DNA of 64,000 nucleotides from Chrysomallon squamiferum (lineage: Eukaryota; Animalia; Mollusca). The stretch spans positions 11,036,001-11,100,000 of the forward strand of contig CM022668.1 in the NCBI GenBank assembly GCA_012295275.1, written 5' to 3'. The notes beneath the pieces were generated by a model. That model was given only the letters and a program-made list of their open reading frames with translations. It searched no databases and was not told where the DNA came from. The position numbers and the translations under genes are program-made. This document shows, piece by piece, positions 11,127-25,012 of this stretch (position 1 is its first letter; each line of letters begins with the position of its first letter).

Positions 11127-13831
11127 TTATTTAAATTCAGATATATGCAACGAGGACTGTTTAAATGGCGGAGTGTTCAACTCAGATAACTGTACCTGTT
11201 CTTGTTTGAACAACTGGGAAGGAGATTTCTGTAGTAAGTATATTAATTCATATCATAATACGGCTTTATTCTCACGTCAGTTACTATAACTTATGCCTTT
11301 TCATTTTTTTTATTTTGTATTTATTATTTAAATTCAGATGTATGCAACGAGCACTGTTTAAATGGCGGAGTGGTCAACTCAGATAGCTGTACCTGTTCTT
11401 GTTTGAACAACTGGGAAGGAGATTTCTGTAGTAAGTATATTAATTCATATAATAATACGGCTTTATTCTCACGTCAGTTACTATAACTTATGCCTTTTCA
11501 TTTTTTTTTTTTTTTATTTATTATTTAAATTCAGATGTATGCAACGAGGACTGTTTCAATGGCGGAGTGTTCAACTCAGATAGCTGTACCTGTTCTTGTT
11601 TGAACAACTGGGAAGGAGATTTCTGTAGTAAGTATATTAATTCATATCATAATACGGCTTTATTCTCACGTCAGTTACTATAACTTATGCCTTTTCATTT
11701 TTTTTTTTTTTTTTTATTTTTTTAAATTCAGATGTATGCAACGAGGACTGTTTCAATGGCGGAGTGTTCAACTCAGATAACTGTACCTGTTCTTGTTTGA
11801 ACAACTGGGAAGGAGATTTCTGTAGTAAGTATATTAATTCATATCATAATACGGCTTTATTCTCACGTCAGTTACTATAACTTATGCCTTTTCATTTTTT
11901 TTTTTTTTTTATTATTTAAATTCAGATGTATGCAACGAGGACTGTTTCAATGGCGGAGTGTTCAACTCAGATAGCTGTACCTGTTCTTGTTTGAACAACT
12001 GGGAAGGAGATTTCTGTAGTAAGTATATTAATTCATATCATAATACGGCTTTATTCTCACGTCAGTTACTATAACTTATGCCTTTTCAGTTTTATTTATT
12101 TATTTATTTATATATTATTTAAATGCAGATGTATGCAACAAGGGCTGTTTAAATGGCGGAGTGTTAAACTCAGATAACTGTAACTGTTCTTGTTTGAACA
12201 ACTGGGAAGGGGATTTCTGTAGTAAGTATATTTTATAATGAATTCGTATGTTAATATGCAAAGAAGAAAATATTTAAATCCGCAATTTCTCGTTTTTCTT
12301 TTTCATTTATTTTCATTTATTTTCATTTATTTTGTTTTATTTATTTATTTTTTCATTTATTTTCATTTATTTTCATTTATTTTACTTTATTTTATTTATT
12401 TATTTATTTAAATTTAGATGTATGCAACGAGGACTGTTTTAATGGAGGCATCTTCAACTTAGGTGACTGCAGCTGTTCTTGTTTGAACAGCTGGGAAGGA
12501 GATTTCTGTAGTAAGTATATTAATTTATATCATAATACGGCTTTATTCTCACATCAAATACTGTGATTTATGCATTTTAAGTTTTATTTATTTATTTATT
12601 TAGAATATTTATCTGAAACTAAAGTTTATTTCATGTTCACTGTCACCGTGAGAGATTATCAGTTAGTTCTGTTATTATTTCACTCTGGTTTTAGTCCTGT
12701 ATCATGTTTTGGATTGCTCCAATAAGCCCTAACTTCACGACAGAAGGATGATAGCAACACTCATGTATTTTTCAGAACTAGACTTTCGTTGTTTAACTTC
12801 AGTTATTAATCATATTAATAAGCATTTTTAGTTTCCGTAGCTATCACATGCTGTATAAATGATAAATAAGCATTGATTGAATTCTATTCTTACAGATGAA
12901 TGCAATCTAGTCTGCCAAAATGGCGGTTTGTTGAATACGATATCTTGCACTTGTACGTGCAAAGAAAACTACTACGGGGATAAATGTGAGCTAAGTAAGT
13001 ACTTTTTTACATACACACACATAAACACACAGACACACACACACAAACACACACACACATACACAAACATACATTCTGATATAGACATGCTTGATATTCC
13101 TGTGCATATTCTTTCACACAAATAAATTTGATAAGAAGAAGAAGAAGAAGAAGTAAAATAAGAAGAAGAAGAAGAAAAAGAAAGAAATAATCCAGAAAAC
13201 AAGGAAATAAATAAAGAAATAACAGTTTCTTCTCCATTTTGCTAGATTTGTTAACATTTTAGCTTATTACTTTGGATTTGATCAGATATGACTTTCCTTT
13301 AATTTGTGATTCCAAACAAACATTTTCCAGGTTGCCATGATGACGCAGTGACCATAATGCATCAGATAATAGAGAAAGAATGTAGAGCTTCTGGAATGTT
13401 GTGGTTCTGGTGTGTGAAAACCTGTCAGTTATGTCAGAATGGTAAGTTGATATGTCTACGTACATACATTTGTAAATAAACAATAGTAAAATACATGCGT
13501 ATATATATAAAACAATAAGCAGGATGGACGTATTTCTCTCTGTATTACCAGTAAATGAAAGTATTTAAATGTGATATATATTCTTTCTTCAGTTCTTTTT
13601 GTATTCTTTTCAGTTCCTATTTGCATCCAGAATAGACCTCAGGCTTCTTATCAGGAATTATTTATTTGATTTGTTTGTTTTCTGTTTACTGTGATAGGCG
13701 TGGTGTGCAAGGACAGACAAGAAGAAAAGTGTAGCCATTTTGAAGAACATGCGTTTGACGAAGCCACTCACATGTTCTGTTATGAACGTGAGTCCCATGA
13801 GTGTCAGCACCTCTGTTTGTATTCAGAATAA
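9526..13831 (+). CDS. Gene A: secreted PAN/apple-like + 9 EGF-like + ShKT-like + His/Cys-rich C-terminal domain protein (~470 aa, 13 coding exons)
   Basis: GT-AG, all phase-1 exons: 9526-9610 (MNQKDIVLNIFLVGCFLLVSSAMERVSS, signal peptide), 9929-10168 (PAN-like), EGF 10541-10633, 11141-11233, 11338-11430, 11535-11627, 11732-11824, 11926-12018, 12129-12221, 12418-12510, 12896-12994, ShKT-like 13331-13441, terminal 13698-13831 (TAA). Sum 1413 nt, open frame if the decayed exon at 10971-11061 is skipped. Confidence 0.85.
9929..10168 (+). CDS. Gene A exon 2, PAN/apple-like domain
   Basis: IPGCEYIVIPGRYGDDFYLKITGYHTLEDCRRLCDTQNGYNNKPCTAVEHLGTYCYLYSSVFPFSYYYFSTMYIKSCKD: six Cys with the C-x3-C...C-x-A-V...C-Y-L PAN/apple pattern; ccag acceptor, gtaag donor. 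Confidence 0.8.
10971..11061 (+). pseudogene. Decayed EGF pseudo-exon inside gene A
   Basis: AG/GT retained but 91 nt rather than 93; two 1-nt deletions and two Cys lost relative to the intact homologue at 31421-31513 (GTCGLYCMNGATVDTQDCVCLCAGNWEGVVC). Confidence 0.75.
11141..12221 (+). repeat. Tandem array of ~197-bp exon+intron units, six near-identical EGF exons
   Basis: Exon starts 11141, 11338, 11535, 11732, 11926, 12129; consensus DVCNEDCFNGGVFNSDSCTCSCLNNWEGDFC; introns differ mainly in T-run length. Confidence 0.95.
13331..13441 (+). CDS. Gene A ShKT-like exon (5 Cys)
   Basis: CHDDAVTIMHQIIEKECRASGMLWFWCVKTCQLCQN; C-x-D start and C-x-K-T-C-x-x-C end typical of ShKT; second Cys absent. 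Confidence 0.7.
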
Positions 13832-15526
13832 ACAAAGTCCTTTATGAAAGGTATTACTGTCTTTCTTTACTCTGTTTTTATTAGTTCATTATTCAGGAGA
13901 TTAATAATATAGAAACCAATAATAATTTGAAATATTATAAAGCAATTTTTTTTTACTTTTTAATCACATTTTGAGTAAGTTTCTTAGGGGTGACAATGAA
14001 AGAAAATTTAAACATATAAATTACTTACTAAATAGTAAATAAATGAATATTTATGATTGTTGTTGTTGTTAATGTTATTGCTATATTAATGTTTTTATTT
14101 TTGTTATGATGATTTATTGTATATATATATATATCCAAATCAAGGTATCAGTAATTTTTTTTTTTTCTTTTAGATCTGAAAACTGGGTAATGCAGTTTAT
14201 GTAAACCCTCTGTCACAAATACGATTTCAAATAAAAGACATATGCTCTTCAACTAGATTTTTTGTTGTCTTTTTCAAAAGAAATAGCATATATCAGAACA
14301 AGAACACTACTACTACACATACTGTTAATACAACAATTACTAGTACTAGTATTCCTACTAATACTACTAGTGATAATCATTATTATAATAAAAAATATTT
14401 TTAAAAACTCAAAAATAAATCAAGAAATAAATAAGTATACAAATCAATGAATGAAGAATTAAATAAATAAATACGTGAATAAACCAAAAACTGTATGTAA
14501 ATAATTAAACAACGAATGAATGGATGAATGAATGAATAAGTGTAGTGTAACGCAGTAAGTAGATAAATAAGTGCACTTTCACTCATACATATTATCATCA
14601 CCTTCTTTGGGATGTTACTACTACTACTACTATTACTACTACTACTACCACTACTATTACTACTACTACTATTACTACTTTTACTATTACTACTGCTACT
14701 ACTACTGCTGCTGCTAGTATTAGTACTAGTTCTTTATTTTATTTTATCTATATTATATTATAGGCATATTATTCGACCGTGCAATTTTTAGAAATATATG
14801 TATAATTGTCAGTAAATAAATATATAAACAAACACATAAACTAGTAAGTGCAACGAAAATATACAAATTGTATATAAGGGAACTAACTCTCATTAAAACA
14901 GGAAAATAAACAGGAAGACGTCAAATTTCAGTAAGACTTCCTGCCATATCTCATTTTTCTAAATATTATCTACTTGATTTAAGATCAACGTTGCACTGTT
15001 CAATATTATTTATTTATTTATTTACTTACTTATTACTTGCTTACTTATTTTTGTATTTATTTATAGGGGTATGCGTAGTTACTTCTGAACTGAATGAAAC
15101 TCATACTGCCAACAAAATATATTTAAATCAGTATCAATGTAATAACAGAGGTTTAAGAGGCAGAATTTTAATATTAATGTAGGGGAATAACTCTTGATTT
15201 ACTCTCTCTCTCACACACTCACACATACACACACACGTACACTCACACACTCTAAAATAGATGTGTCTGTTACACGTGTACAAACGCTTTCTCACCAAGA
15301 TGTTTGATAATAACAAGAAGAAGAAGGAGAAGAAGAAGTAGAAGAAGAAGAAGAACAACAAGAAGTAAAACAGGAAAGAAATAAACCAGAAAACAAGGAA
15401 CTAAATAAACAAATCAAAACGTCTCTTCTCCATTTTGCTAAATTTGTTAATATTTTAGCTTATTACTTTGGATTTGATCAGATATGACTTTGCTTTCGTT
15501 TGTGATTTCTCACAAACATTTTTCGG

Positions 15527-15592
15527 GTTGCAGTGATGACACATCAGATAATAGAGAAAGAGTGTCAGCATCTCTGTGTGTATTCAAAATAA
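15527..15592 (+). pseudogene. Deleted duplicate fusing the ShKT exon 5' part to the terminal exon 3' part
   Basis: gttgcagtgatgac..catcagataatagagaaaga|gtgtcagcatctctgtgtgtattcaaaataa, within a copy (~15380-15720) of 13190-13940; acceptor AG mutated to GG. Confidence 0.75.
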
Positions 15593-15727
15593 ACAAAGTC
15601 CTTTCTCTAAGGTATTGTTTTTCTTTTTACTCTGTTTTTATTAGTTAATTATTCTGTAGATTAATTATATAGAAACCAATAACAATTTGAAATATTATCA
15701 AGTCATTTTTTTTATTAAATTTTGTTT

Positions 15728-15810
<83 letters not shown>

Positions 15811-16989
15811 CTGATTGTTTTCTTTTTATTTTATTTATAAATGTTATCATTATATACATATATATATAATAACTATAAAGAACAAAATGAAAGAAAAGAA
15901 AAATAAACTACATACATTCATTATATGTTATTCACTATGGTAACTTTTCATTTATTTCTTTCTTTTCTTCCTATAAATTAAATAAGTTCTCTTTATTATT
16001 ATTATTCTTGTTGTTGTTGTTTTTTTTGCTTTTTGCTGTGTTTTATTTGTTTTATCTTGTTTTAGTGTCATATTTAAATTTTGCTCGTTTACATTTTTAA
16101 GTGTCAGCTTTGCGTAATTATGAGAGCAGTATTAATATAAGTAATAATTATACAAAAAGCTATATGTTTGTTTCAATATTTGTATGTTTGTGTGAGTGCC
16201 TCATGCATGTATGTCTGGCTTACCTTTGTATGCACATGGGCATGTATATAAGCATACACATGTACATGCATTTATATATGTGTGTATGTATTGTATTTGA
16301 ATATATTATTGTGTTACATTATTAACGAGAGTCTGTATATAAATAATGTTTATAAAATATACATTAGTTGATTACAAGTCCAATGTATTCTACAATATAA
16401 TTCTGAAACATTTTTAACAAGTTATTAATAGCTTAGGGCAATCATAACGACTCGAGAAGCACAATGTCGTGCCTTCACATAGATTGTATTCGTGAACACA
16501 TTGGTAAACGAAGATCACTTCCATCATGCGTATCTGTGTATCTATCTATCTACCTATCTATCTGTATGTGTGTGTGTGTCTGTGTGTGTGTGTGTTTGTG
16601 TTTTAATACTAATCAGATTGCTTTATTATTATGGTTCCAATGCTATCAAAAATATTTTCTTCGCTTGATAAGTTATTCTTTCATTCAGTCTATATAGTTA
16701 TAAGAAAATCATTTCATATCTAATTTATTAATTTGTTTCTCATACAGTTTCTTCTTTCCGTTAATATGGAGTGACATGAAATATAGTACCAGTATCAAAT
16801 AACAATATTTTACCCAACCAGACATAAATTATAATAGTATACAAACATATAATATTTATTTATAATATGTGCGATGACGATGGTGAAATTTTATGATGAT
16901 GATGCCAAGATCATGATAATAACTAACAAACACACATATATACAGAAAAGTAAAACAGAATATTCATTCACATCACATACATAAATAGA

Positions 16990-17046
<57 letters not shown>

Positions 17047-17661
17047 TCAATAAAATCATATAAAGGAACAGAACGTGAAAATGGTTTTATTTTTGTTGGT
17101 TTTTGGAAATGTTGCTTAGGACATCCACCCTGTACTGTTACTATCACATCTGCTCCCTCCACTGCAAATGTTGTCTAAGACAAAAAAAAAAAAAAAAAAC
17201 AGCTCTAAAACACAACAAAACCCACTTGTCACATACAGAGATATCTTTAATTCGATATATTTTATCCAGGTATTATATATCATATTTATTAAATTTTACT
17301 GTTGAAAATGGCGAAACCTGTACTAGGCAATATCTCTATTAGAAGCGGGTGACATATGTCCTAGCTTACGTTTAATTTGGGGATACCTTGGAGGACAAAT
17401 GTCTCTGATTAGTGCGTATATCACTGAATATACTGATATTGTTTTCATATCTCGATATTGTAAATGTATTATGTTATTTCCACCCTTTTAGTTATTCTGC
17501 TTACTGTTAAAATCAGTTATCGCTATGTTTTATTGCATTCATTTTGTATCTGTTTATCTTTATAAAATATCGGAACTGACTTTTATCCAGAATAAATTAG
17601 AAACACACACATACATACAAGAATACATGCCATTCAGTCCCACATACATACACACACACAC

Positions 17662-17769
<108 letters not shown>

Positions 17770-18159
17770 GTCTATCTATCTATATATTTGTATGTATGTA
17801 TGTAGTATATATGTGTGTGTGCGTGTGTGTGTGTGTGTCTGTGTAGATATATATATATAGACGCAACATGAACACACCTATATATACACGTGAGTATGTG
17901 TGTATAAACACAGACATACAAGAACATGAAGAAAGAAACAGTGATGATAAACTCAGGTAAAACAGAAAACTGAGAAATAAAAAAATCATAGAGAAAAAGA
18001 TCAACATACGAAACAGAACTGCTTCAATGTTAAACAATTGTCTATGTAATTTTTCTTTAAATCAGAAATTGACTTTACTGTAAATAATATATACACGATT
18101 GTTTCATTTACTTTAATTTAGTTAGATCAGAATAAAATGTTGAAAGATTATATTATGAC

Positions 18160-18194
<35 letters not shown>

Positions 18195-20137
18195 CACACG
18201 TATTCTTACCCATATATGTATGCATACCCATTTGTACATATTTTCGTATACGCATACACTCATCCATGCAGGCATACACAGACAAAATATGTGTAAAATA
18301 AAGATTGCAGATTGTCTAGTTATTTTAAGCAGTTTTCCACACTTTCTAAGAAATGAAAGACTCGCCATTCTTTGATAGCACTGAAGATAAACACGCCTAC
18401 AGAGACATTGTAGTAGTATTTAGCTGTATAATTTATAAACAGAATAATGTTCTTCAAATGCAAATAAACACAAAATAAATTTAGATTTCAACAATTACTT
18501 TTAACTTAAAATGTTTTATTTGTTAACTGTACCTGATCAGAATAACCATAAGCGTTCACCACTTTGTAGTGAATTTTTCAATTGTTTTATTTTATTTTAT
18601 TTGTCTTCAGTTGATTAACATGTGTTCGTGTCACTTTTGATTTTAACCTGTCTTAACATGGTAGTTCAGTGTTCAACAACTGAATTAGAAAAAATAATCG
18701 ATGTGTTTCTTCATAAACACAATGTGCCTAAGACTAAGTATATTGTTAAACAATTTAGTGGAAATTAATATTAATTGACTACATCTAATCAATGAGATCA
18801 AGTGTCTGGTGACAAATGGCTGAAAATTTCAATTGATGGATGAGTTGAAAGAAACTTGTTCAGTAAATTTAGACAGTTAGACATTATGTACAAAACTCTC
18901 CAGTGTGGTGATCTTAATACATAAGAGAGCCAAGCTGACAGATGAAACAAAACACTTTTTCAACGCTGAATAAAAACACTGAATAAAAAAGTCAGGAAAA
19001 AAGTATTAAGTATCTCTATAAGAAGATGAGTCTACGGTATAAATGTAGGTTTCTGTCGGTTAACAGCACAATAAAAATCGCTGAAGTGTAACGTATTTGA
19101 ATATACTGCATTATTAGCATTACTATTTTAATATACTGAAGCATAGTTTTGTTTTAATCGGTTGCATCATAGTCACTTTTGCATCTTCTTTCTGAAAATA
19201 TTGTTCTTGTTTTGCTTTGTTTTGACTTGTAGTAGTAGTAGTAGTAGTTTTGGTAGTAGTAGTAGTAGTAGTAGTAGTAGCAGCAGTAGTAGTAGTTTTA
19301 TATTTTAAATAACTCTTGCATCTTCTTTTTGTAAGTATTTGCCTTTAAGACAGTTGATGGTAATGAATGATAAATCTTTCACTTCAGACGGTGTCAGCTG
19401 TAGAAATTACCTTGAAAAGTCAAACAATGTTTGATTTCCAGGAGTAATACATTTTTATATACTGATCTGCCTTCAGTTTAATTATGTTTTCTAACATTTT
19501 ATGCTGCGGGAAAATATATCTGAAAGTACATTTTATTCTGGTGGTCACAAGTGTACTTTTACTTAACTAAAATGTTCAGCTGACACTGACTTAGCTGGAA
19601 CGAAAGTCAGATATTTAAACAAATCGGTAGATGATATTCTAGTGATAACCAAATTTCCTTCTACTGAACTAAAAGTTCAAGCTGATACTAACATAGATGG
19701 AATGAAACAAAAAAGGGTTGAAGACAATTTTGAGAAAAATATAATATTTTTCATATACTTGTGCTGGCTAAACTCGGTGGTTTTCTTCTGTGGATATTTT
19801 ATTAAATGCCACTCAAAACAAAATTGATAAAATTAATTATTTTGCTAATTAAGTTGCTGCAGAAAAAAATAAGAGTTTGAAAAGGAAGAAAACAAGATAA
19901 ATGAATAAAGAAATAAAGAAAAACGAAATAAAGAAAGAAACAAACAAACACACAAACAAACAAATAAACAAACAAACAAATGAATAAAAAAAACTTTCGT
20001 ACTTTTTGCATGAACAAAACACACACACAAATTATATTTTATTAATTCAACACTTCCGTAAATGGCACAACCGATGGTTGTCCTTTTAAAAAATATATAC
20101 ATATTATATAATGAAAACTGAAAAGAGAAGACAATTT

Positions 20138-20437
<300 letters not shown>

Positions 20438-20756
20438 ACAAAACAAAATTAAAAGAAAGAGAATGCTCGGTTCAGGGTTTGTTTCATTGAATGGCACTCT
20501 ACAATGTTTCAAGGACATCGTTACCATTGATTCAGATATTCTTGTCATGTCTGTGTACATATTCAGTTCATTTGTATTTTCATTATTCAGAGTGCCATGA
20601 TTCAGACTATCTCTCTCTAATTAAAGTGTATGTATAAGATTGGGATAGGTATAATAGTAGTGATTGGCAGTTCTGTTTCATTTAAATACTGTAGACTGTT
20701 GCATACGAATTTCTGAAAATATTTTGATACTGGATAAGTAGCAATTTGAAATAATT

Positions 20757-21357
20757 ATGAGCCAGACGTGCATTGTGTTTTGTATTCTTTTGGTGGAGTG
20801 TTTTGTCATTCAGTTAGATACACGATAACTTACAGAGTGCGGTAAGATTTCATTTTATATATATACATACATACATACATACATACATGCATACATACAT
20901 ACATACATACATACATACAGATATATAGATAGATAGATAGATAGATAGGTAAGTATATGCGTACGCTATTTTATTTATTTTACTTTATATATTCTTTCAT
21001 TTCAGACATTTATTGTTGATATATTTTTATGTGTAAAAGATCCGAGTGTTAACTAATTCCTTGTTTGTTTATTTAGTGAGTGGAAACACTGATGTCCTTT
21101 CAGTTTAATTATATTATCTTTTATTTTGTGCAATGACGTAAAACAATTTGACCAATACCAAATCTTCGCTCATTTCACGTTGTCGTGGAGAGATTCAAGT
21201 TTTAATTCTGTTCATAGAAGGGAACCTCAAGGTCTGATATACCGATAAAGAAGAGATTTGATTTTATATTTATTTATCTCAGTCTGAACAAAAATCGAAC
21301 AGCTTTTTATTCATCGCAATTACCATATTCATAATCAAAATCATGATCATGATCATG

Positions 21358-21433
<76 letters not shown>

Positions 21434-21813
21434 TTTATTTACTTTAAGGCATTCCAGGTTGCGACTGTATCACTGTTCCGCATATACTCGGACTTGATGA
21501 TGTGGCTTACTATATCGGATATTATAGCAACGACGACTGCAAATATCTGTGTGACACGAAGACGTTTGATGGTAAAATGTGTCTTGCAGTAGAGAATTGG
21601 CGGTGAAACTGTTAGCTCTTCTCATCAAATTATATGTTTGCATTGAGCAGTCCCTCGACTCTGTTCATAAAAGCTTGCGATAACGGTAAACATACGAATG
21701 AAATAAATAAAATATTATATTAAAAAGCAATGACGATTTCTACAAATAAAAAATAACCCTTAGATAGACAGATAGAGGAATACATAGATAGATAGGTAGA
21801 CAGACAGACAGAC

Positions 21814-21870
<57 letters not shown>

Positions 21871-22505
21871 GATAGACAGATATAACAAGTACTAGAAATA
21901 TTTCGTTTATGCACTACAGAAATAAATAAATCAAATAAATTAAAATATAATAAATTAAAAAGTAATAAATCACAATATTTAAGAACAAAAGTCTGCTTAT
22001 TTTCTCATCAATTTGTTATCATTTGTTATCATGAGCAACTATCAAATACAGTAATGATTTCTCTGTGAGATAGTTATCGAGTGACATCTATTCGAATCAA
22101 CGAAGAAAGACTGTCGAAGATGAAAACATTTAATTTCTAATAATCAAAATCACTGACAAACTTTTTATCAAAATCATTGACAAACTTTTTATCACTATCA
22201 TTGACAATCTTTTAATCAAAACATTTCAAATACATAATAATCGTATCAGTTTCTCAATCTTCAGTCATTCTGTATTAAATGTGTTCTTGTTCCAGGCACA
22301 TGTGGATTGCCGTGCGCTCACGGCGGCACTATAAATCATGACGACTGTACTTGCAACTGTTTAGGGAACTGGGAAGACATTTTATGTCGTGAGTAACAAA
22401 GCTGATCTGCCTATAAACGAAACCTAAATTATTTAGTAGATGTTAGAAATAGGTGATAAATACTGAAAGAACACAAGCAAAAATCAATATGCGGAATTAT
22501 AATAA

Positions 22506-22536
<31 letters not shown>

Positions 22537-23642
22537 AATTATTATTATTATTATTAACATAGCTATAATAGTAATGACAATAAGTTTGCCATTTATTTAT
22601 TTTATGTTATTGTTCGTTTCTTTCAAATACAATGGAGAATACCGCCATGGAATATAGTAAGATTATTATTTAAATATCATAAAAAGAATATATTAAAATG
22701 TAAATAACTAAAACATACAATGTATTTCAATACATATGTTTTGAAATGTAATAACATAAATATATATCCAACATGTTTGCAATGTAAAAAGCTTAACATG
22801 TAATAATCTTAAAAAGGTATTACAAGTATTAAAATACGTAAAAACAGCATGAAAAGCTATAATATTAAAATTCGAAAAAACATCTTTCAAATGTAAAAGT
22901 ACTAAAAGTTACACAACCATTTAATAAAATGTAAAAGTATTGTACGTCGTATAAACAAAATAATTTAATAGTTAATACATAAATTTGTAATTCAAACAGA
23001 ATAGCATAAAAAAATCACAGTGTACTTCAAATATTCGTTTGTTTGTAGATAAATGCAATCCACTGTGTCTAAACGGCGGAACATTTAACGAAGACTGTAG
23101 CTGCTCCTGCTTAGGAAAGTGGACAGGGAAATCCTGCAGTAAGTGTAACTGGATATAATGTTACTGCAAAGGGAATGATAAGTAGCTTAATGCTAAAGTA
23201 AGCAAACGAACATAAAGACGTTGATTTCCTACGTATTTTTGCATTACAGGTGTTTGCTCACGGAAGTGTGAGAACGACGGACTGCTGAATAGTCTTAGCT
23301 GCACTTGTACTTGTAAACGTGGCTATTATGGAGAGGACTGTGAGCTAAATATGTATCAGCTATACCTTTATGTGTCTTACTGTCTGTATGTGTGTGCGAC
23401 TGTGTTTTAAAATGCAATAAAATGTCGTGCTTCACATATTTATTTGTGTGTGTGTATATATATCCATGCATAAATATATTCGCAAACATGTCCTAGTGGA
23501 TCAGTACACACGCACGCACGCATCCACGCACGCACACACATACATACATATATATTTTTATGTACATTCATTCATACATACAGACATACATACATACCTG
23601 TCTAAGTATTGGATTTCATCTGTCATTTGTAAAATCTTTAAA

Positions 23643-23692
<50 letters not shown>

Positions 23693-24801
23693 GTGAAAAG
23701 GTCTAAGTTCACTTAACAACTGGTTAAGGTTTGATGGTAGTGAAGAAAATGTTTACTATTTTTACTCTGAATGTTAGTTAACTTGGTGAATTATTTGCAG
23801 GCTGTGAAGAACAAATTGACTGTTACAAGAAAGTCATACTAAGAAACAAATGTGTAGCTGATCCTTCATTGTGGTTGTACTGGTGTACGAAAACCTGCGA
23901 CATGTGTCACCTAAGTACGTCCATGTCTACGTTCTTTTCTAAATCATAACACCATAACTGTCGTTAATTAAAATAGCTACTACATTATAACAATTCATGA
24001 ACTGCTTTATAATTATACAAACAAAACAAGAAAACTGTTATCTCTATTTGTACATCTGCCATTACCTCAATGAATCAAAAGTGAGTCCTGTAAATTCCTT
24101 ACTTTCACCTCTAACTGGAAGCCTTTAATACTATCACCATTGATATCATTACAATTTCCCTCTACTACTATTAGCATTAATACCATAACTACTATTATTA
24201 CTAATATCATAACTATTGTCTCTACCAGTATTATCAGTAATGCAATAATTACTGCCTCATTTACCACTAGCCTGACTACTGCCCCTACTATTTTTACCAT
24301 AATACCGTGACTACTGAACTACTGATGCTGGAGCTAAGTTCATTATCAGCATATCCATTATTACTACACTGAATAAACTACAACTACTGACATTTGTCTT
24401 TTGAGATAACTACCTTACTTCTACCATTGATAATAATTAGTTGCATATTATTTGGGAGTTATCTTTAAACCTAACCTTGTCTTTAAATATATGTGTGTGA
24501 ATGTGTGTGTGTGTTAATGTATATGTATAACTATATGTATGTATATGTGTATATATGTCTATGTGTGTGCATATATGTATTTATTTTAAAACATCATTTG
24601 AAATCCAGGCTATAACAGACCTATTAGAAAAAACGTATTCATTAGACAGTTTCTCTTATATTTTAACCTACTGTTTCAGCAAATGGAGCCTGCACTGACA
24701 AATATGAACATATGTGTGAGCATTTACGGATGCATGTTGCCCATGAATCGATTCATATGTTTTGCGATGAACACCACAACGTGTGTTCGCATATCTGTTA
24801 A
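20757..24801 (+). pseudogene. Gene B: PAN + 3 EGF + ShKT + His-rich terminal domain, pseudogene
   Basis: Exons 20757-20841 (TAA at 20826), 21449-21685 (TGA 21604, TAG 21613), 22296-22388, 23049-23138, 23250-23348 (donor GT>AT), 23801-23914 (CEEQIDCYKKVILRNKCVADPSLWLYWCTKTCDMCHL, full 6-Cys ShKT), 24680-24801 (NGACTDKYEHMCEHLRMHVAHESIHMFCDEHHNVCSHIC*). Confidence 0.85.
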
Positions 24802-24930
24802 TAATCTGCAGTCTGTCAGGTACTGTGTTTGTTTCTTAGCTGATTGGTCGGCTGGTTGTTGATTGTCTGGTTTATATAAAATAGAAAACGGGGGAAAAAG
24901 AGAAAGATAAAATACGAAACAATTATTTAA

Positions 24931-25005
<75 letters not shown>

Positions 25006-25012
25006 TTCCTAG

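Noticed and set aside
11141-12221. Repeat-spacer array
   Set aside because: Both parts are near-identical between units; it is a tandem exon+intron duplication.
9526-13831. Assigning a known symbol (Notch/Delta, MEGF, tenascin, CLEC18, plasminogen/HGF)
   Set aside because: No DSL, EMI, kringle, protease, CAP, lectin or transmembrane region; the similarity is limited to generic EGF/PAN cysteine patterns.
21604-21615. Selenocysteine or read-through rescue of gene B
   Set aside because: The TGA is not at a Cys position, and TAA, TAG and a dead donor are also present.
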